NCBI GenBank assembly: GCA_963727895.1
Contig: CAVSHT010000004.1
Span: forward strand, 128,001-192,000
From: an uncultured Methanosarcinaceae archaeon
GTDB taxonomy: Archaea > Halobacteriota > Methanosarcinia > Methanosarcinales > Methanosarcinaceae
Direction: 5' to 3'
Length of the DNA stretch: 64,000 nucleotides
Every line of letters begins with the position of its first letter. The first letter of the stretch is position 1. The position numbers were made by a program, and so were the translations under genes. A model generated the notes under the pieces. The model was not told the DNA's origin. It was given only the letters and a program-made list of their open reading frames with translations, and did no database searches. Shown here piece by piece: positions 31,935-43,331 of the stretch.

Positions 31935-32966
31935 ATGTTTACTTTAGGAGGAAAAAAAATAAGTTTGAGAACCAGATTTCGGAGGTTATTCCGCAAGAAG
32001 CGTAATTTTGTGTACAAGATTACAGCTGTTCTTGTGCTTATCATTTACATACTTATTTTTGAATATCTGATGATTCGTGAGAATCAGTTTGAAAATGCAA
32101 ATCCAATAACTGCTCTTTACTGGGCCACATCTACCTATGGCAATGTTGTCTTTAATTCCCAAGCAGGAAGACTTTTTTCAGTAATTGTACAGATTTCAGG
32201 CATCATATTGATTTCGGGATTTCTTGTAACTTACATTGTTACTCCGTGGATGGATAGAGTTATCAAGTTCAGGCTACCTAGAAAAGCTTCTCAAGCCATG
32301 AAAGAGCATGTTATTATCTGTGGATACAATCAACTGGTTGAAACCCTAATAGATGAGTTGGCTGATCAGGAATTGCTATTTGTTATAATAGACGAAGACG
32401 AAACTGTAATTCGAGAGCTTTCTTATAAAGGCATTCCGTGCATTTTTGGAGTTTCAAGTGATAAACAGACACTTATTAGTGCCGAAATCCAAAAAGCCAG
32501 ACTCCTTATTGCTAATAAGTCTGATGAAATAAACGCTAACATAATACTTACCGCTAGAGAGTATCAGAACCTCAGTATAATTGGCATTGTAGAAGATAGA
32601 GCTAACTCAAAATATCTCAAATATGCAGGGGCTGATACCGTTGTCTCTCCAAAATCAATGTTAGGGCAATTTATCGGAAAAAAAGCTATGGATAGGCTTG
32701 TGAACAGAGTAACTGGAGCGACTGAAATATTTGAGGGGGTTCATGTAGTAGAATTTCCTGTTTATCTGAAAAGTCCCCTTATAGGTAAATCGGTCAAAGA
32801 GGTTTCCAGCCAGCAGAATATTATAGGTGCAAAAATTGTAGGAATCTGGAAAAGTGGAACTCTTTCTTTTGATCCTAAAGAGGAAGATATAATCCAGGAA
32901 AACTCAGTTATACTGGCTGTAGGGACTCGTGAAGGACTTTCAAAACTGAAGAAATTGACGCACTGA
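31935..32966 (+). CDS. potassium channel-like protein with TrkA-N/C (RCK) domains
   Basis: Two TMs flanking a pore region, HVIICGYNQ, AGADTVVSP; selectivity filter incomplete. Confidence 0.85.
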   Translation: MFTLGGKKISLRTRFRRLFRKKRNFVYKITAVLVLIIYILIFEYLMIRENQFENANPITALYWATSTYGNVVFNSQAGRLFSVIVQISGIILISGFLVTYIVTPWMDRVIKFRLPRKASQAMKEHVIICGYNQLVETLIDELADQELLFVIIDEDETVIRELSYKGIPCIFGVSSDKQTLISAEIQKARLLIANKSDEINANIILTAREYQNLSIIGIVEDRANSKYLKYAGADTVVSPKSMLGQFIGKKAMDRLVNRVTGATEIFEGVHVVEFPVYLKSPLIGKSVKEVSSQQNIIGAKIVGIWKSGTLSFDPKEEDIIQENSVILAVGTREGLSKLKKLTH

Positions 32967-33087
32967 ATCGATAGCTTGAAATACATTATAAATTTTAAAT
33001 GTATAAATAAAAAGTTTCTGAGTTTCACATACCAATCTTTTTAGTTAAACTTTAAAAATATTGATTTTGAAGATTCTGGAGTCAAAA

Positions 33088-33765
33088 ATGGAATCAAAAG
33101 GGCATCTTGTCGTACTTGGGTATGGAGATGTGGGTAAAAGTATTGTAAGTACTCTCTCTGGAGGACCATTTCGTTTTGTAGTCGTGGACTCTAACGAAAA
33201 AGTCTTTGAAAACGTTGACTTTGAACATGTAGTCGGTAACGGAGCAGATGAAGAGATATTAATTGCCTCTGGAATGAAAACTGCTTCTTTTGTATTTGTA
33301 GCCCTCAATGACGATACCAGTGTTATCTTTGCAACTCTTATTTGCAGAAGTCTGAATCCTGAACTTACAATTGTGGCAAGGGCAAATTCCGTAAAATCTA
33401 TTGACAAGATCTACAAGGCAGGAGCAGACTATGTAGGTTCTCTTTCCATAGTAGCTGGCCAGATGCTTGCCAAAATGACTGCAAATTGTATGGGAAAAAG
33501 TTGCAGAATCGATGAAGATATAATGCTTTATGAGGGAATAGATATCGAAAAACACCGCGTTGACAAAGGTTCTCTCCTTGATAACATGTCAATAGAAGAA
33601 CTTGACCTTGAAGGAAATATCGGGTGTACTGTAATAGGAATTGAACGCGGAAAACTCGTTATAACAGATATTAAAAGACAGACAATTATAAAGCCAGGAG
33701 ATATTATTGCAGTTGTGGGGAGCAGCAAGCAAATTTCCGAGTTTAAGAAAATGTATGTTAATTAA
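33088..33765 (+). CDS. TrkA-family RCK protein
   Basis: VLGYGDVG, KAGADYV, C-terminal TrkA-C domain. Confidence 0.88.
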   Translation: MESKGHLVVLGYGDVGKSIVSTLSGGPFRFVVVDSNEKVFENVDFEHVVGNGADEEILIASGMKTASFVFVALNDDTSVIFATLICRSLNPELTIVARANSVKSIDKIYKAGADYVGSLSIVAGQMLAKMTANCMGKSCRIDEDIMLYEGIDIEKHRVDKGSLLDNMSIEELDLEGNIGCTVIGIERGKLVITDIKRQTIIKPGDIIAVVGSSKQISEFKKMYVN

Positions 33766-34034
33766 ATAGCTTTTTTAAATTTACTTAACTGGTTAAAACT
33801 TATTTAAGTTCTAATTAAAACTTAATTAATTTTATTGAATCAACAAAGATGACACTATTGATTCCTGAATTCATTATTTATATATAGGCTAACACGGTAA
33901 ATTTGAATTCAAAGTTGAAAACCATGAAAATATTGAGTTAGCATTTGCATGATTGCGTTTTACATAATTTTTTATACAATTACTTGTTATAATTCATAAA
34001 CTAACTCAAAATAACAGAATAGTGGGAATGTTAA

Positions 34035-34382
34035 ATGAGTGATGATCAGATTAGAGTAGGTCGTAAACATCAGCGAATTAGTACCTCTAGTCATCGTGTA
34101 TTGGGTTATTTTGTAGAGATGTCACACGACGGATTAAACGAACATAAGGTAATTTCAGCGCCTGATCAGTATATGCTTGATAATAAAATTAATTTGCAGA
34201 AAAGTAAATGGCGAGAGAAATGGGTAAAAGTTTCTACTAGACGAGAATTAGATCCAGAGAGAGAAGCTAATTTAGAGGAAGCTAACAGACGAACTGAAGA
34301 AGCCACAAATGTCTTAAAAGATATGGAAAATATTTTACTTGATTCTCTTAAAAGTACCAATGCAATTACTGGGAAATGCTAA
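34035..34382 (+). CDS. hypothetical protein
   Basis: 115-aa ATG-start ORF, helical C-terminus. Confidence 0.5.
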   Translation: MSDDQIRVGRKHQRISTSSHRVLGYFVEMSHDGLNEHKVISAPDQYMLDNKINLQKSKWREKWVKVSTRRELDPEREANLEEANRRTEEATNVLKDMENILLDSLKSTNAITGKC

Positions 34383-34443
34383 AAAAGAAAAAAATATTTT
34401 CCAAACAAATGCCTATTAAACCTCATGCTCAAATTAAAATAAC

Positions 34444-35198
34444 GGCATTGATACTTAAACATAGTTATATACTATTAGAAAGTATATTTCTTAGAAAGTA
34501 TATTTCTTCATGAACTGCCCCAGATGCAATAGTTCCAGTCACAAAAAGAACGGTATAGTTGGTGGGCGTCAACGCTACAAATGCCATGATTGTGGATATA
34601 ACTATACAGTAGAGTTAAAATCAACTGCTTTTTCCGCCTCTGTTAAAAAACAGGCTTTACAACTTTACCTTGAAGGATTGGGCTTTCGTTCAATAGGAAG
34701 AGTTTTAGGGGTGAGTCATGTTTCTGTCCAAAGATGGATAAAGAAATTTGGTCAGTAGTTAGAGGACCTAAAAAGTGAAAATGAGATATCTATTGTTGAA
34801 ATAGATGAAATGCACACTTACATAGGTAACAAAAAAATATTGCTGGATCTGGATTGCTGTTGATAGAGTTGGGAAAAAGTTCATCAACTGCTCTTTTGGT
34901 AGCAGAGGAACGGAAACTGGAAAACTATTCTGGGAAAAATTGAAGAAAAAAGAGATTGGAGAAGTGATGACCGATTACTGGAGGGCATATGCAGAGTTTC
35001 TTCCAGAAACGATTCATACTCAATCAAAAGCAGAAACATTTACAGTTGAGGGATATAACAGCATATTGAGGCACTTTTTGGCAAGGTTGAGAAGAAAGAC
35101 AAAGTGTTATACGAAGAGTCTTGAAATGCTAAAGTACTCGGTTATTCCATTGATGAAATACAGAAATAAAGAACTAGATATATTTGAGTAACAATGCC
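34444..35198 (+). mobile_element. IS1-family element, defective (TAG at 34756, A7 tract)
   Basis: TIRs ggcattg / caatgcc; 16-bp tandem duplication near the left end. Confidence 0.9.
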
Positions 35199-35596
35199 TA
35201 TTCTTAATTCAACTGGCTTTAGAAAGCAGTGTTATTTGTACGTTGAGGAGATGATTTTGCCTTTCTGAATCAAGGACAAAACAGTTACTATTTAATTTTG
35301 ATTACTTTGCGCTGTTTCTCAAATTAATTTTTTATCATTACTCTTGATTTATTTTATAAAAAATATTCTGAAAATACCTCTGTTATACATAATAATAAAT
35401 ATGCAATTATCTAAATACTGTTATACAAAACTTTCAAATTAACTACATAAATTTATCTTACGTTTCATTCATTTAAAATTTTTAATGATATTAAAAATTT
35501 AGCTATTATTAAATATAACTGTCATAGAAAAAATTCAAATTATAAATTTAATTTTAAAGCGATTATGATATATATTCAAATATCATTGAATTATGC

Positions 35597-35704
35597 AGAT
35601 TGAGAGTAGGGTTTCTTCTTAATCTTTGGGTTGGATCGCAGGTAGGAATCCTTGAATAGGGACTTGGAATTCCTACCATCAATCTCTATACTATACATTT
35701 TTTT
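35597..35704 (+). ncRNA. candidate two-hairpin small RNA, copy 1
   Basis: TATA-like box 35568-35575, two stems, oligo-T tail; homolog at 44699-44823. Confidence 0.65.
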
Positions 35705-35957
35705 AAGTTATTACTTCATTTTGTTAGCATTTTTATAACCAACTTTTAAAAATATTTTTTTAGAATATATATTTTTCTTATAGTGTGCCCACGTTTAATA
35801 AAGCTTATGATTTGTCATAGATTCCTGCATATTCCCGATCATCGGGTTTTAGGGTCAACTATACTTCTTGATCAAATTTTTCAGAAAATTATTTTCTCCG
35901 GAGTAATTTTTTGATCGGGGTAACAAAAATTCTAGATAACAGTATGGAACAGAATTG

Positions 35958-36772
35958 GGTTCCGTTGCAAAAAATTTCAAAATAAGCATGTAAATCTATA
36001 GACAATGAACAGAAGTTAAAATATTCAAGAAGATGTATCAATATTATAGAACTATTCCAAATAATTGATTAATATATTTAGCTTCATTAAGACCAGAGTA
36101 ATTTAGATTCTTGACTTGTCCTTTTTTAATCATATTCATCGCTTCAATTCCTTTTAAAGTTTTATTAGCAGATCGAAAAGACTGAAATCCTAACATTGGA
36201 TTAACTATTCGTTTAATGGATCTATGATCCTGTTCTATAATGTTATTCAAATACTTGATTTGTCGAATGCCTACGTTTATAGGTAGTATTTTATCATTTT
36301 TCAGTTTATTTATAGCAGGTGGATAAGCTGGATTTTTGTCAACTGTGATTACTCTTGGAATTTGATTATGATTAGAATTCAAAGCTTTCTTAAAGAAACG
36401 TTTTGCTGCTTTTTGGTCTCGTTTTGCACTTAACATAAAATCAATTGTATCTCCATTTGAGTCAACTGCTCGGTAAAAATATTTCCATTTACCTTTAACT
36501 CTGATATAAGTTTCATCAACTCTCCAAGAGTCGTTTGTTGGTCTTAAATGCCTTCTGACCTTCTTTTCGATTTCAGGAGAGTATTGATGTACCCATCTCA
36601 TAATATGGTTGTATGGTTGACTATTACTCCCCTTTCTGCCATCATTTCCTTTAAATTTCGATAACTTAATGGATATTTTAAGTACCATCTAACATTCAAT
36701 AAAATAATTTCACCCACAAAATGCTTCCATTTAAGGGATTAGATAGCATGTCATTATCCTTTACTTCCCTTT
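35958..36772 (-). mobile_element. IS6-family element, frameshifted, left end replaced by IS21
   Basis: WRVDETYI, ITVDK, IEQDHR; IR ggttccgttgcaaaa. Confidence 0.9.
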
Positions 36773-38230
36773 TGTCAATGCCGGTTTACTTTTCCCCATT
36801 TTGTCCTGATTAATTTTCCCCACCTTGTGATATAAAGTTTACTCAATTTTTCATGAACTTGTTAAAAATTACTGGTATAGATTTCCTGTTTTTATACCCT
36901 GTTTTTTCCTTTCTTTCAGCCTGTAACTTTCCCCTTTGATATTAATCGTCGTAGAATGATGGAGAAGCCTATCAAGCACAGGTTCCATACTGTTACAGCC
37001 GCTATTACATGGTCCTTGAATATCTCTCCCATTCTCCATACGACTTATTCGATGTTAAGATCATTGAATTCCTTTCATAACGTCTTGAGATTAGCTGAAA
37101 TAAACAGTGAGTTCCTTCTTCGTCAAATGGGAGATATCCTATTTCATCAATAATCAGCACTTTATACTTTATCAAGTCCCTGAGTTTCTTTTCAAGCATT
37201 CCTTCTTGATTTGCTGTTTTCAACCTTTCAATAAGGTTTCCTGTATTGGTAAAGTAAACCGAAATCCCCGACTTTACTGCTTCGATTCCAAGAGCAATTA
37301 CAAGGTGAGACTTGCCAACACCTGGTGGACCAAAGAAAACAACATTCTCTGAATTATGAACAAATCTCAAGGTTGCAAGGTCTTCGATTATCTTCTTATC
37401 AATGGATTTCTGAAAATCAAAATAGAATTCCTCAAGAGTCTTTTTAACAGGAAAAACTGCACTTTTCATCTTTCTCTCAATTGCAACAGCTTCTCTGTGT
37501 TTCTTTTCCTGTTCAAATAGATAATCAAGAACTTCCATTGTTGTCTTGTTGTCCCTTACAACAATTTCAAGAAAGTTGTCAAGGAGCTCTTCAACAGTAT
37601 TCAGTTTCAGGTATTGCAGATTGTTGTGAAGCCTCTCATAGGTGAAGTTGTTCATTCAAAACCTCCCTGGCTAAATATTTCATAGACATCAAGAGACCTT
37701 TTTTCAACTTCAGGACCTGAGGATTTCAACGGAATCTGTGAATTTTTCTTGCATTTTGAGTTCTCTTTAAGAATCTCACTCAGTAAACCCTGGAAATGTT
37801 CCTTTTTCCTTGAAACTCTGCAGTTACCTGGGAGAATTGCATGTTCACAGATCTTTTCATAATCAACATAGATCTCTAATTTTTCTTCAAAAATATGAAT
37901 CTCTGCAGTTCTTCCTGCATACCTGTAAGGAACAGAATACTTATTTCCAAGAAATGAAATATAACAGTCTCTGGAGACCTTTCTGGTCTCCTTCTTAACA
38001 ACTTTGTAAGGAGGAACCTGACCCAGAGGGTTCAGGTCCTCCTCCTTAAAGCATTCAAGAGGGATTTGATAGGTTGTTCCATGGACAGTTGAATTTACTC
38101 TTTCTAACCAACTGTTAACTTGGCCATTCAGTTCTTCAAGAGAGGTAAACCTTCTTCCAAGGAAGAAATCCCTTTTGACGTAACCTACCGTATTTTCAAT
38201 TTTACCTTTTGTTTGAGGCCTAAAAGGACA
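36773..38230 (-). mobile_element. IS21-family remnant (3' half of istA, istB frameshifted near its end)
   Basis: IstA PQTKGKIE, IstB GPPGVGKSHL and IIDEIGY; TGT end with ttcccca repeats. Confidence 0.9.
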
Positions 38231-38376
38231 AGTCAAGAATCTAAATTACTCTGGTCTTAATGAAGCTAAATATATTAATCAATTATTTGGAATAGTTCTA
38301 TAATATTGATACATTTTCTCGAATATTTTGATTTTTTCATTATCCATAGATTTACATGCTTATTTTGAAATTTTTG
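38222..38376 (+). mobile_element. IS6 3' remnant
   Basis: Matches the end of the IS6 transposase gene and its downstream sequence. Confidence 0.75.
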
Positions 38377-38442
38377 AACTTGTCCGTTTTGTCCGTTTAT
38401 ACCGCATAGGATAAAATATACAACTACCGATAAATAGTTATT

Positions 38443-38652
38443 ATGGGAGGGGAGTTGAAACTGGAAAACAAAACGATAGAAACTGCGATAGCTAATGTGC
38501 TAAAAAGGTTGAACATTGCATATGTGGATGATACCACGTACAAACGGCTTGTTAACATTGGCTTACAGTATGATTATATTGAAAGTGAACTTTTAGAACA
38601 GATGCTTGAAACCGAATTGGTTATACTTAGTGGGGATTCTGAAAGCTTTTGA
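38443..38652 (+). CDS. hypothetical small protein
   Basis: 69-aa ORF; GGAGGGGAG may be the RBS for an internal start. Confidence 0.45.
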   Translation: MGGELKLENKTIETAIANVLKRLNIAYVDDTTYKRLVNIGLQYDYIESELLEQMLETELVILSGDSESF

Positions 38653-38920
38653 AGTTGGGGTGTAATTTCATTTTTCTTATTTCTTTATTGTTTGTACTCT
38701 CAAATTAATTAGTTGATACTATCAAATTGTAAAAAAGCCGGATTTTATGCAATGGAACTCATTTTCTTGAATATTTTAACTTTTGTTTATCATTCATAGA
38801 TTTACATGCTTATTTTGAGATTCTTTTGCAACAGAATCCTTAAAGGAGCTAATTATTTTCAACAGTATTTGTATATAATTTAAGATAATTTTTATATACA
38901 TTCTCTTTGTACATATTAGT

Positions 38921-39058
38921 ATGAAGTTTTTTAAATTTCCACTTTCGGTTTGGGTATATGTAGGCGGCGCTATTGCTTTGGGTGCTATAGGTCTAGTAAT
39001 TAATCACATAAGATCAAATAAAGTAAAATCTAAAAGAAAGGTCTCAAAACAAAACTGA
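38921..39058 (+). CDS. 45-aa single-TM small protein, possibly leaderless
   Basis: MKFFKFPLSVWVYVGGAIALGAIGLVI then basic tail; TTTATATA about 25 nt upstream of ATG. Confidence 0.5.
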   Translation: MKFFKFPLSVWVYVGGAIALGAIGLVINHIRSNKVKSKRKVSKQN

Positions 39059-39346
39059 AAGTTGACATGCTTCAGAAGCAGAAAGCAGGATTTTTAAAAT
39101 TGGAATTATCAAGCTTAAAATGCAGTATTTTTGGTTCCGTTGCATAAATTTTCTTCTCACGCTTTGAGGCCATAATTGGCACCTTTATGTCCTATTTTTC
39201 TGAGTAATAAGAATGATTAATTGGTCATCGGTTAAGGAATCTGTTACCGTTAAAATAACTATTGAAATCCTTTATGCGTCTCGATTTCCATTTATAGGTT
39301 TACAGAAAAGGCAATGAAAATAACGCATTTCTTATAGATCATATTT

Positions 39347-39496
39347 GGTTCTGGTGCAAAAAATCTGGCTATTTTACAAAATTAATCAAATTCTTCACAT
39401 TTTGGAAAGTTAAACAAAATCTCACCAAAAAATTTGGCACAAAAAAGTAATTATTATATCCTTAAAGTCCGAGACGAAAATTTTTGCAACACAACC
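39347..39496. mobile_element. IS6-type MITE family A, 150 bp
   Basis: Near-identical inverted copy of 41272-41421. Confidence 0.88.
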
Positions 39497-39539
39497 ACTT
39501 TTTCTATATTCAGGAGCAGCTTCTAATATCTTTTTCACC

Positions 39540-40493
39540 TTATTTTGAAATCCAGTTTATATTCTTTTGAGCCATGAATCGATTAAAAGTGCTATAGTTG
39601 AATCCTGATACCCATTTTTGAATATGGTATCCAATTATAATTACGATCAAACTAGCAATAAAAATAACACAGAATTCCATAGGTCCAGTAACACCTAATT
39701 TATTATTAAGATATTTTACAACTGAAAGAAGAGGTTGATGAATCACATAAGTTGCGTATGACGACTGAGCTATATAATATATAACTTCTTGAACACTTAG
39801 AGGAATTTGCGAAAGATATGAGTGGGTTATGTTTAGTAAATTATATCTTCCAGCAAAAATCCCAATTAAAAAAACAGGATAATATAAATAGAATCTAGGA
39901 TCAAAAATATGGTACAGATAACATACAATATATATGCTTAAAGAAATAATGAATATTTCAATATCATCTCTTGCGTATTTTGCGATTATTGCATAAATAA
40001 CATAGTATACCATAATTGTGCCGACAAACCAATCTATATGTCCACCTCCTATATCCATATCAGCTTTAAAAAACCCATGAATTCCTGTCAGTTGATACAA
40101 TAATCCCATAAAACTAAAAAAATTTTCAGTATAAGGAGCAGGGTTAATATGAAAAATCCCAAATATAATGAACTCAAATAATAATCCAATCCACCATATA
40201 GGATAAATTCTGGTGACTCTTTTTTTAAAGTATTGAGTTATACCTTCCTTAGTTTCAAGACTTTTATATCTGCTAGAAAGAGTGTATCCAGAGGCAAAAA
40301 TAAACATTGAAAGCCCTATATACGCAAAAGTAGGACCAAAATATGCATAATGAAGTGATGGATATACATCCATCGAAAAATTTAAAAAAAATCCTAAATG
40401 AGATAATATGATTAATAAAATAGCACACTTTAGAATATCAATTTCTATAAGCTTTTTTGTATTGTAAGATGTTACAGGGTCAAACTTAGACAT
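39540..40493 (-). CDS. acyltransferase-3 (OafA-like) membrane O-acyltransferase
   Basis: IDILK..I.L.ILSH, FIFASGY, KRVTRIYP, WFV, SYATYVIH. Confidence 0.85.
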   Translation of the reverse strand: MSKFDPVTSYNTKKLIEIDILKCAILLIILSHLGFFLNFSMDVYPSLHYAYFGPTFAYIGLSMFIFASGYTLSSRYKSLETKEGITQYFKKRVTRIYPIWWIGLLFEFIIFGIFHINPAPYTENFFSFMGLLYQLTGIHGFFKADMDIGGGHIDWFVGTIMVYYVIYAIIAKYARDDIEIFIISLSIYIVCYLYHIFDPRFYLYYPVFLIGIFAGRYNLLNITHSYLSQIPLSVQEVIYYIAQSSYATYVIHQPLLSVVKYLNNKLGVTGPMEFCVIFIASLIVIIIGYHIQKWVSGFNYSTFNRFMAQKNINWISK

Positions 40494-40593
40494 CTTCTCA
40501 TTCTCCTTAGTAGTACGGAGTAAAATAATTTCTGATCAGATATGTCACCAAAAATCTTAAATCAGTGTCATTAGCAAAGTTTTAGTCTTTTAA

Positions 40594-40700
40594 TCTTCGT
40601 GTCCACAGACCTCCTGCAGTAACAACACTCAATGAAAACTCCCGAGGAATTCCATATTTCCATTGGACTTTGATAGTTGAATGATGAATACTCAGTATTC
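40594..40700. mobile_element. MITE family B, partial copy
   Basis: After TTAA; matches 7607-7705. Confidence 0.7.
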
Positions 40701-40908
40701 TCTTCAAATTGTATGGGTAAAAGTAAATTTCATGCATTTGCTGAAAATTTAAAAATTTAACCAAGTCTAAAAAACAACCTCAAACGATGCATTCAACTTT
40801 ATAACTGTACGATAAAATTGTTGTATATTTTTCGAGTTGGAAACTTCTCCATTGAATTTGAAGAGGATACCAAATTTGCGACACCGCGAAGAAAAAGAAA
40901 AGGAACAA

Positions 40909-41151
40909 TTATCTGCGCTTTACTGTTTTCTGTGCTGATTTCTGTGCTGTTTTCTGTGCTGCACGCTCAGCCTTAACTCTTGGTGCCTTCTTTGAATTTT
41001 GTTCTTTATGTGATCTAGCTTTATCAAAGATCGATGCCTTTTCCGGAGAATATGTTATCATTTTCTTTCTATTTGCATCATCATTCGCCTTTTTAGATTT
41101 CTTTTTGGTTTCAGTTTATTCTTTGCCTAAAATCTTTCTCAATATGCCCAT
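40909..41151 (-). pseudogene. small basic protein with in-frame TAA and AQK(T/S) repeats
   Basis: GGAGGT RBS, MGILRKILGKE*TETKKK...AQKTAQKSAQKTVKRR; three 12-bp tandem repeats. Confidence 0.45.
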
Positions 41152-41271
41152 TTTCTAAACCTCCTTTGCTTTCTTATACATACCTATTTCCATTAATTAG
41201 CTTATTTTCTAAGAGCGTGTTTTAAAATTCATTCTCATAAAGGTTTTCATTTGTATTCGGTTAAAATATGA

Positions 41272-41421
41272 GGTTGTGGTGCAAAAATTTTCGTCTCGTA
41301 CTTTAAGGATATAATAATTACTTTTTTGTGCCAAATTTTTTGGTGAGATTTTGTTTAACTTTCCAAAATGTGAAGAATTTGATTAATTTTGTAAAATAGC
41401 CAGATTTTTTGCACCAGAACC
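41272..41421. mobile_element. IS6-type MITE family A, 150 bp
   Basis: TIRs ggttgtggtgcaaaaa / tttttgcaccagaacc. Confidence 0.88.
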
Positions 41422-41482
41422 GAATACTGCAATGGATAAAGGTCCGCAATTTGATTGGGACCAATTAAAAATCGGAGTTAAC

Positions 41483-42472
41483 TCAAGAAATAATGATATT
41501 AGCAGTCCCTTGAAGATCTATTACTTCATAGGATTCCACTGCTCCTTTAACAAGGCCTTCTCCACCAATAGTTGTTTTACTAGTTGTTCGGATCGCTATA
41601 GTCTTAAATTCTTGTGCTGAATTATCAAGATTAATGTCAGGCACTAACAAAGTCAGTGTTATAGTATGAGAATCCGAAACACTTTGTAAGGTCACTGTCA
41701 CTATCGTACCTATTTCCGTTTTTTGTGTTCGGATTTCATCTCCTGTAAAACTGCGCATACCTTTTGAATCCTCATAGCTGAAAAGAGGTTTACCTGTGAT
41801 GCTAGTTGTCGAATAGCTTATATGTACATCTTTATGCTTTTTTCCAGTTCCATTTAGAACAAATTGGTTTGGTTCATTGATTTTGCTGTCAGAAGTCATA
41901 TTCTGTCCTTTAATCTTTTTTGAAAGGTTGTTTGATGAGATAATATTGTTACAATTAAATGCCGTACCAATTAAATTAGTTATAACATACGATTCAGCTT
42001 GCCCAATACGAGCCGAAGAAGGGAGGGAAGCAGCTTTGTAAGAAGTTGTAATACCGATTGTATGAAACGACGCTGAGGTATTTTTCTTATTTAATAAATT
42101 AACTTTTGGAAGTAAAAAGGTAAATAATGGCTGAGGTGGAGCACCTGGTATAGGTTTTAAAGTGCCCAGAGTGATACTAACCAAAGTACCGAGTTCTGGT
42201 ATGTCGACGCAATGTATTTCTTTATTGGTAAAATGAAATGTCCCAAATTTTTTATTATTATATACAAGATTTGACACTGCACCTGGACCCATAGGTGTAT
42301 ACATCACGCTGATACAATTGCCACTCAAGTGATATTGATATGGATTAATGAATTTTATTTCTGTCGTTTGGCATGATGGAGCCAAAGAAGATGCACCTGC
42401 TGACGCAGCTGTTAGTGATACTACAAATAAGACAACCAGCAAAATAGCCAGTGTTCTTTTTTCTCTGCTCAT
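41483..42472 (-). CDS. secreted hypothetical protein with two related domains
   Basis: Signal peptide; C-domain highly similar to 20679-21197; N-domain a diverged repeat (GTLVSITL, LLPKVNL, TIGITT). Confidence 0.75.
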   Translation of the reverse strand: MSREKRTLAILLVVLFVVSLTAASAGASSLAPSCQTTEIKFINPYQYHLSGNCISVMYTPMGPGAVSNLVYNNKKFGTFHFTNKEIHCVDIPELGTLVSITLGTLKPIPGAPPQPLFTFLLPKVNLLNKKNTSASFHTIGITTSYKAASLPSSARIGQAESYVITNLIGTAFNCNNIISSNNLSKKIKGQNMTSDSKINEPNQFVLNGTGKKHKDVHISYSTTSITGKPLFSYEDSKGMRSFTGDEIRTQKTEIGTIVTVTLQSVSDSHTITLTLLVPDINLDNSAQEFKTIAIRTTSKTTIGGEGLVKGAVESYEVIDLQGTANIIIS

Positions 42473-42589
42473 AAAAATTCATCCCTTGTCAACTACTTTC
42501 AGTGTTTTTGTCACTTGTAATTCACTTTCAATCACTAATAAATAAAAATGTTGTGATGTAAAACTGTGAATGTATTATGAAAAAACATC

Positions 42590-43331
42590 GGTTTTGATAA
42601 TTAATTATAGTTATATACTATTAGAAAGTATATTTCTTCATGAACTGCCCCAGATGCAATAGTTCCAGTCACAAAAAGAACGGTATAGTTGGCGGGCGTC
42701 AACGGTACAAATGCCATGATTGTGGATATAACTATACAGTAGAGCTAAAATCAACTGCTTTTTCCGCCTCTGTCAAAAAACAGGCTTTACAACTTTACCT
42801 TGAAGGATTGGGCTTTCGTTCAATAGGAAGAGTTTTAGGGGTGAGTCATGTTTCTGTCCAAAGATGGATAAAGAAATTTGGTCAGGAGTTAGAGGCTCTA
42901 AAAAGCGAAAATGAGATATCTATTGTTGAACTGGATGAGATGCACACTTACATCGGTAACAAAAAAAATATTGCTGGATCTGGATTGCTGTTGATAGAGT
43001 TGGAAAAAAGTTCATCAACTGCTCTTTTGGCAGCAGAGGAACGGAAACTGGAAAACTACTCTGGGAAAAAGTGAAGAAAAAAGAGATTGGAGAAGTGATG
43101 ACAGATCACTGGAGAGCATATGCAGAGGTTCTTCCAGAAAAGAGTCATACTCAATCCAAAGCAGAAACGTATACTGTTGAAGGAGATATAACAGCATATT
43201 GAAGCATTTTCTAGCAAGATTGAGAAGAAAGACAAAGTGTTATACAAAAAGTCTTGAAATACTAAAGTACTCGGTTATTCTATTGATGAAATACAGAAAT
43301 AAAGAGTTAACTATGTTTAGTTAACAATGCC
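42590..43331 (+). mobile_element. IS1-family element (InsB part frameshifted)
   Basis: Same sequence family as the other IS1 copies. Confidence 0.9.
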
